Part shown: positions 61,901-64,000 of the stretch, in pieces
How positions within the stretch are numbered: the first letter of the stretch is position 1
Layout: each line of letters starts with the position of its first letter
NCBI RefSeq assembly: GCF_964194025.1
Contig: NC_134472.1
Location: 868,001-932,000 of the forward strand
Length of the DNA stretch: 64,000 nt
Source of the DNA: Convolutriloba macropyga
Taxonomy: Eukaryota
Direction of reading: 5' to 3'
Position numbers and translations under genes: made by a program
Notes under the pieces: model-generated
Databases searched by the model: none
What the model saw: the letters and a program-made list of their open reading frames with translations, nothing else
Told to the model about the DNA's origin: nothing

Positions 61901-64000
61901 AAAGGGAAATGAAGTCATCAAATGTGCCAAGAATCTGTCTTCGGGCGTGCCATAAATATATGTACACGGGGAAAGGGAGTAACTTAGGGATATAATTGGC
62001 GTCGGGGTCCTGTCGGTATTGATCCCAGTGCATGAAGGGTGAGTTCTTGATATGGTTTAAATTATTCATTTCAGTGGTTGAGGTTAGTTAATTGAATTCT
62101 CCGTTTAAAATTTCTTCGGTACCTAAATCTATGAAACTATATCGAGGTATGATGGGGAATTTTTCTCAAAAATTTTTTATGGGTTGTGTCTTCAAAAGTC
62201 ATTATCCGGAATACAATTTTTTTGTCAGGAATTTGAGGTAGCGATTTCAATAATATCAGGAAATATTGAAATGGATATAAAAATACAAAAATAATATAAA
62301 CCGTGTAGGTACAAAATCAATATAAGATGGTTTTTTCAGAGTGCTCAAGAGAAAGAAATTCAGGAGTAGAGGACCTGGACATTGATGTAATATGGGTAGC
62401 TTGCAGTTGTTTATGGCGAGGAAGGCGGTTGGCTGAAGGGCGAACTTGAAATTGGGGAACGGGTCAAAGGTTCGTCGAAATAATCTCGTAATCTGGGGTG
62501 TCAGGTATTGGATTAGAATGTTGCGAATGTTTGGGGATACTACCAATGGTTATTGGGGTGTGGAATATGAAGTCAATGTTCGCGTTTTGGGTTATTGTGC
62601 TTAAACAATTTTGAATTTCTGACCATACAGGAGAGTAGTATTCAAATACTACAGGGTACGTGTGGAGGGTTACAGTTTCATTAATAAAAAATTCCTGGCG
62701 GATATAAAGTTGAATAAGCGGTTCTTGATTTTAAAAAAAGAAATTCTGTAACTGTTGATAGTTGCATTATAATGGTAGAAGGTAAAAATAGGGTTTTGTT
62801 TTTCAAAAAAGAATTCATAAGCTGGTTCAGCCATTCGAAGTTTCTTACTCTTCCAAACTGGCAATATAATATTGGTTTCTATTTGGTGCAGTCAAATGAA
62901 AAAAAAACAAAATTACTGCGTTTCTTAATTATTTCCGCTCTTCTGAAATTTATTCCCTATATTGCGATTGGTTGAGAAATCAGTTTTTTCTTTTCGCTTT
63001 AGTTTTTTTGTTTTTCTTCGAGTACAATTTTCATTTATTTGATTCTGTTTCGTGGCAGGCAAGTTGTTTTATTTAAGTGACAGGCGTTATTCAGGCGACA
63101 TCCGGGAAACCGTTATTCTTTTTTCTGAATCCGAATTCTGGGCTGAATATTAGAGGGTCGTAGCTCTTCTAGTTTTCAAGACGTTGCACCAGTTGAAATG
63201 TTTTTGACGCTTGTAATTTTTTCAAAATTAGTCTTCAAAGGAAAATTTTTGGACTAGGCATTTTTTTCCATTTTTTGTTGAGAAAAAAATTTTGGTCGAG
63301 ATTTTAATCCGGGTTTGCGAGGATCCCGGTGAAACCTTATTCTTTTTTGTGAGTCCGAATTCTGGGCTGAATATTAGAGGGTCGTAGCTCTTCTAGTTTT
63401 CAAGACATTGCACCAGTTGAAATTTTTTTGACGCTTGTAATTTTTTCAAAATTAGTCTTCAAAGGAAAATTTTTGGACTAGGCATTTTTTCCATTTTTTG
63501 TTGAGAAAAAAATTTTGGTCGCGACTTTGATCCCGGTTTGCGAGGAGCTCGGGGGGCAGTTATTCTATATTTTGATTCCGAAAGTCGGGCTATAAGTTTG
63601 AGGTCCGTAGTTCTTCTAGTTCTTGAGATATCGCACATTAAATTTAATAAATTTTTCCAACACTTAATTTTTTCTCAAATTTGATCTTCTCAAGGAAAAG
63701 TTTCTGGAATTAGGCGTTTTTCCGGTACGAAATTTTGTCGAAAAATTTTTCCCGTTCTTTTATTTCAAGAAACTTCAATTCTTTTTGGACAGTTCCCGCG
63801 TTCATGATTCTGAGTGGGTACGCCCCATAATGGGTTGCTAGCTTTGGTTGTGGATGTTCTGATATATGAGTGTAAGTTGGTTGGGAAGTGACTGTTGGTC
63901 TGTTAATATGTTCAAACTTTAGCATGGGCTCTTCCAATCTTTTCAGTCATTTGATGTAGTCCCTCAAAAACGTGTACTTGTGTGCTATCGGTGTCCTGCT
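58930..64000 (-). mobile_element. Inverted, more diverged copy of the 40-50 kb module series (runs off the window end)
   Basis: Reverse-complement matches: 63770-64000 to 40090-40330; 61680-62950 to 42240-43440; 60960-61400 to 44930-45370; 60400-60900 to 48400-48970; 59900-60300 to 49060-49460; 58960-59220 to 50140-50350. Confidence 0.85.
63113..63760. repeat. ~224-bp tandem repeat, 3 units
   Basis: Units start TTATTCT at 63113, 63337 and 63560; the first two are nearly identical and the third is diverged. A related inverted sequence lies at ~41050-41215. Confidence 0.9.

Noticed and set aside
38420-64000. Polinton/Maverick or Helitron identity for the repeat region
   Set aside because: No pPolB, packaging ATPase, capsid, integrase, Rep or helicase motifs were recognised; an env-like remnant is the only interpretable protein.

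Overview
AT-rich, intron-containing eukaryotic DNA, most likely from an invertebrate animal; the species cannot be determined from the sequence alone. The only clear host gene is an AK1-type (short-LID) adenylate kinase. Six phase-compatible exons (5196/5207-30573, + strand) can be spliced into one protein with two tandem AK domains, via a GC-AG intron and a ~21 kb intron. That long intron holds a decayed CR1/L2-type LINE, two back-to-back spacer-less palindromes (128 bp and ~785 bp), a decayed MULE transposon, several MITE-like elements and a young 8.7 kb LTR element. The LTR element has 2.6 kb LTRs, a 5-bp TSD and a tRNA-Asn-like PBS, and carries a Gag-like/orphan ORF but no pol. From ~32.5 kb to the end there is no intact gene. 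This stretch is a mosaic of duplicated modules: a degenerate env/fusion-protein-like gene, several decayed orphan ORFs amplified as four 3.5-4.3 kb tandem units (43.8-58.9 kb), and an inverted copy of the same module series (58.9-64 kb). Repeat coordinates and identities were read by eye and are approximate unless stated as exact.
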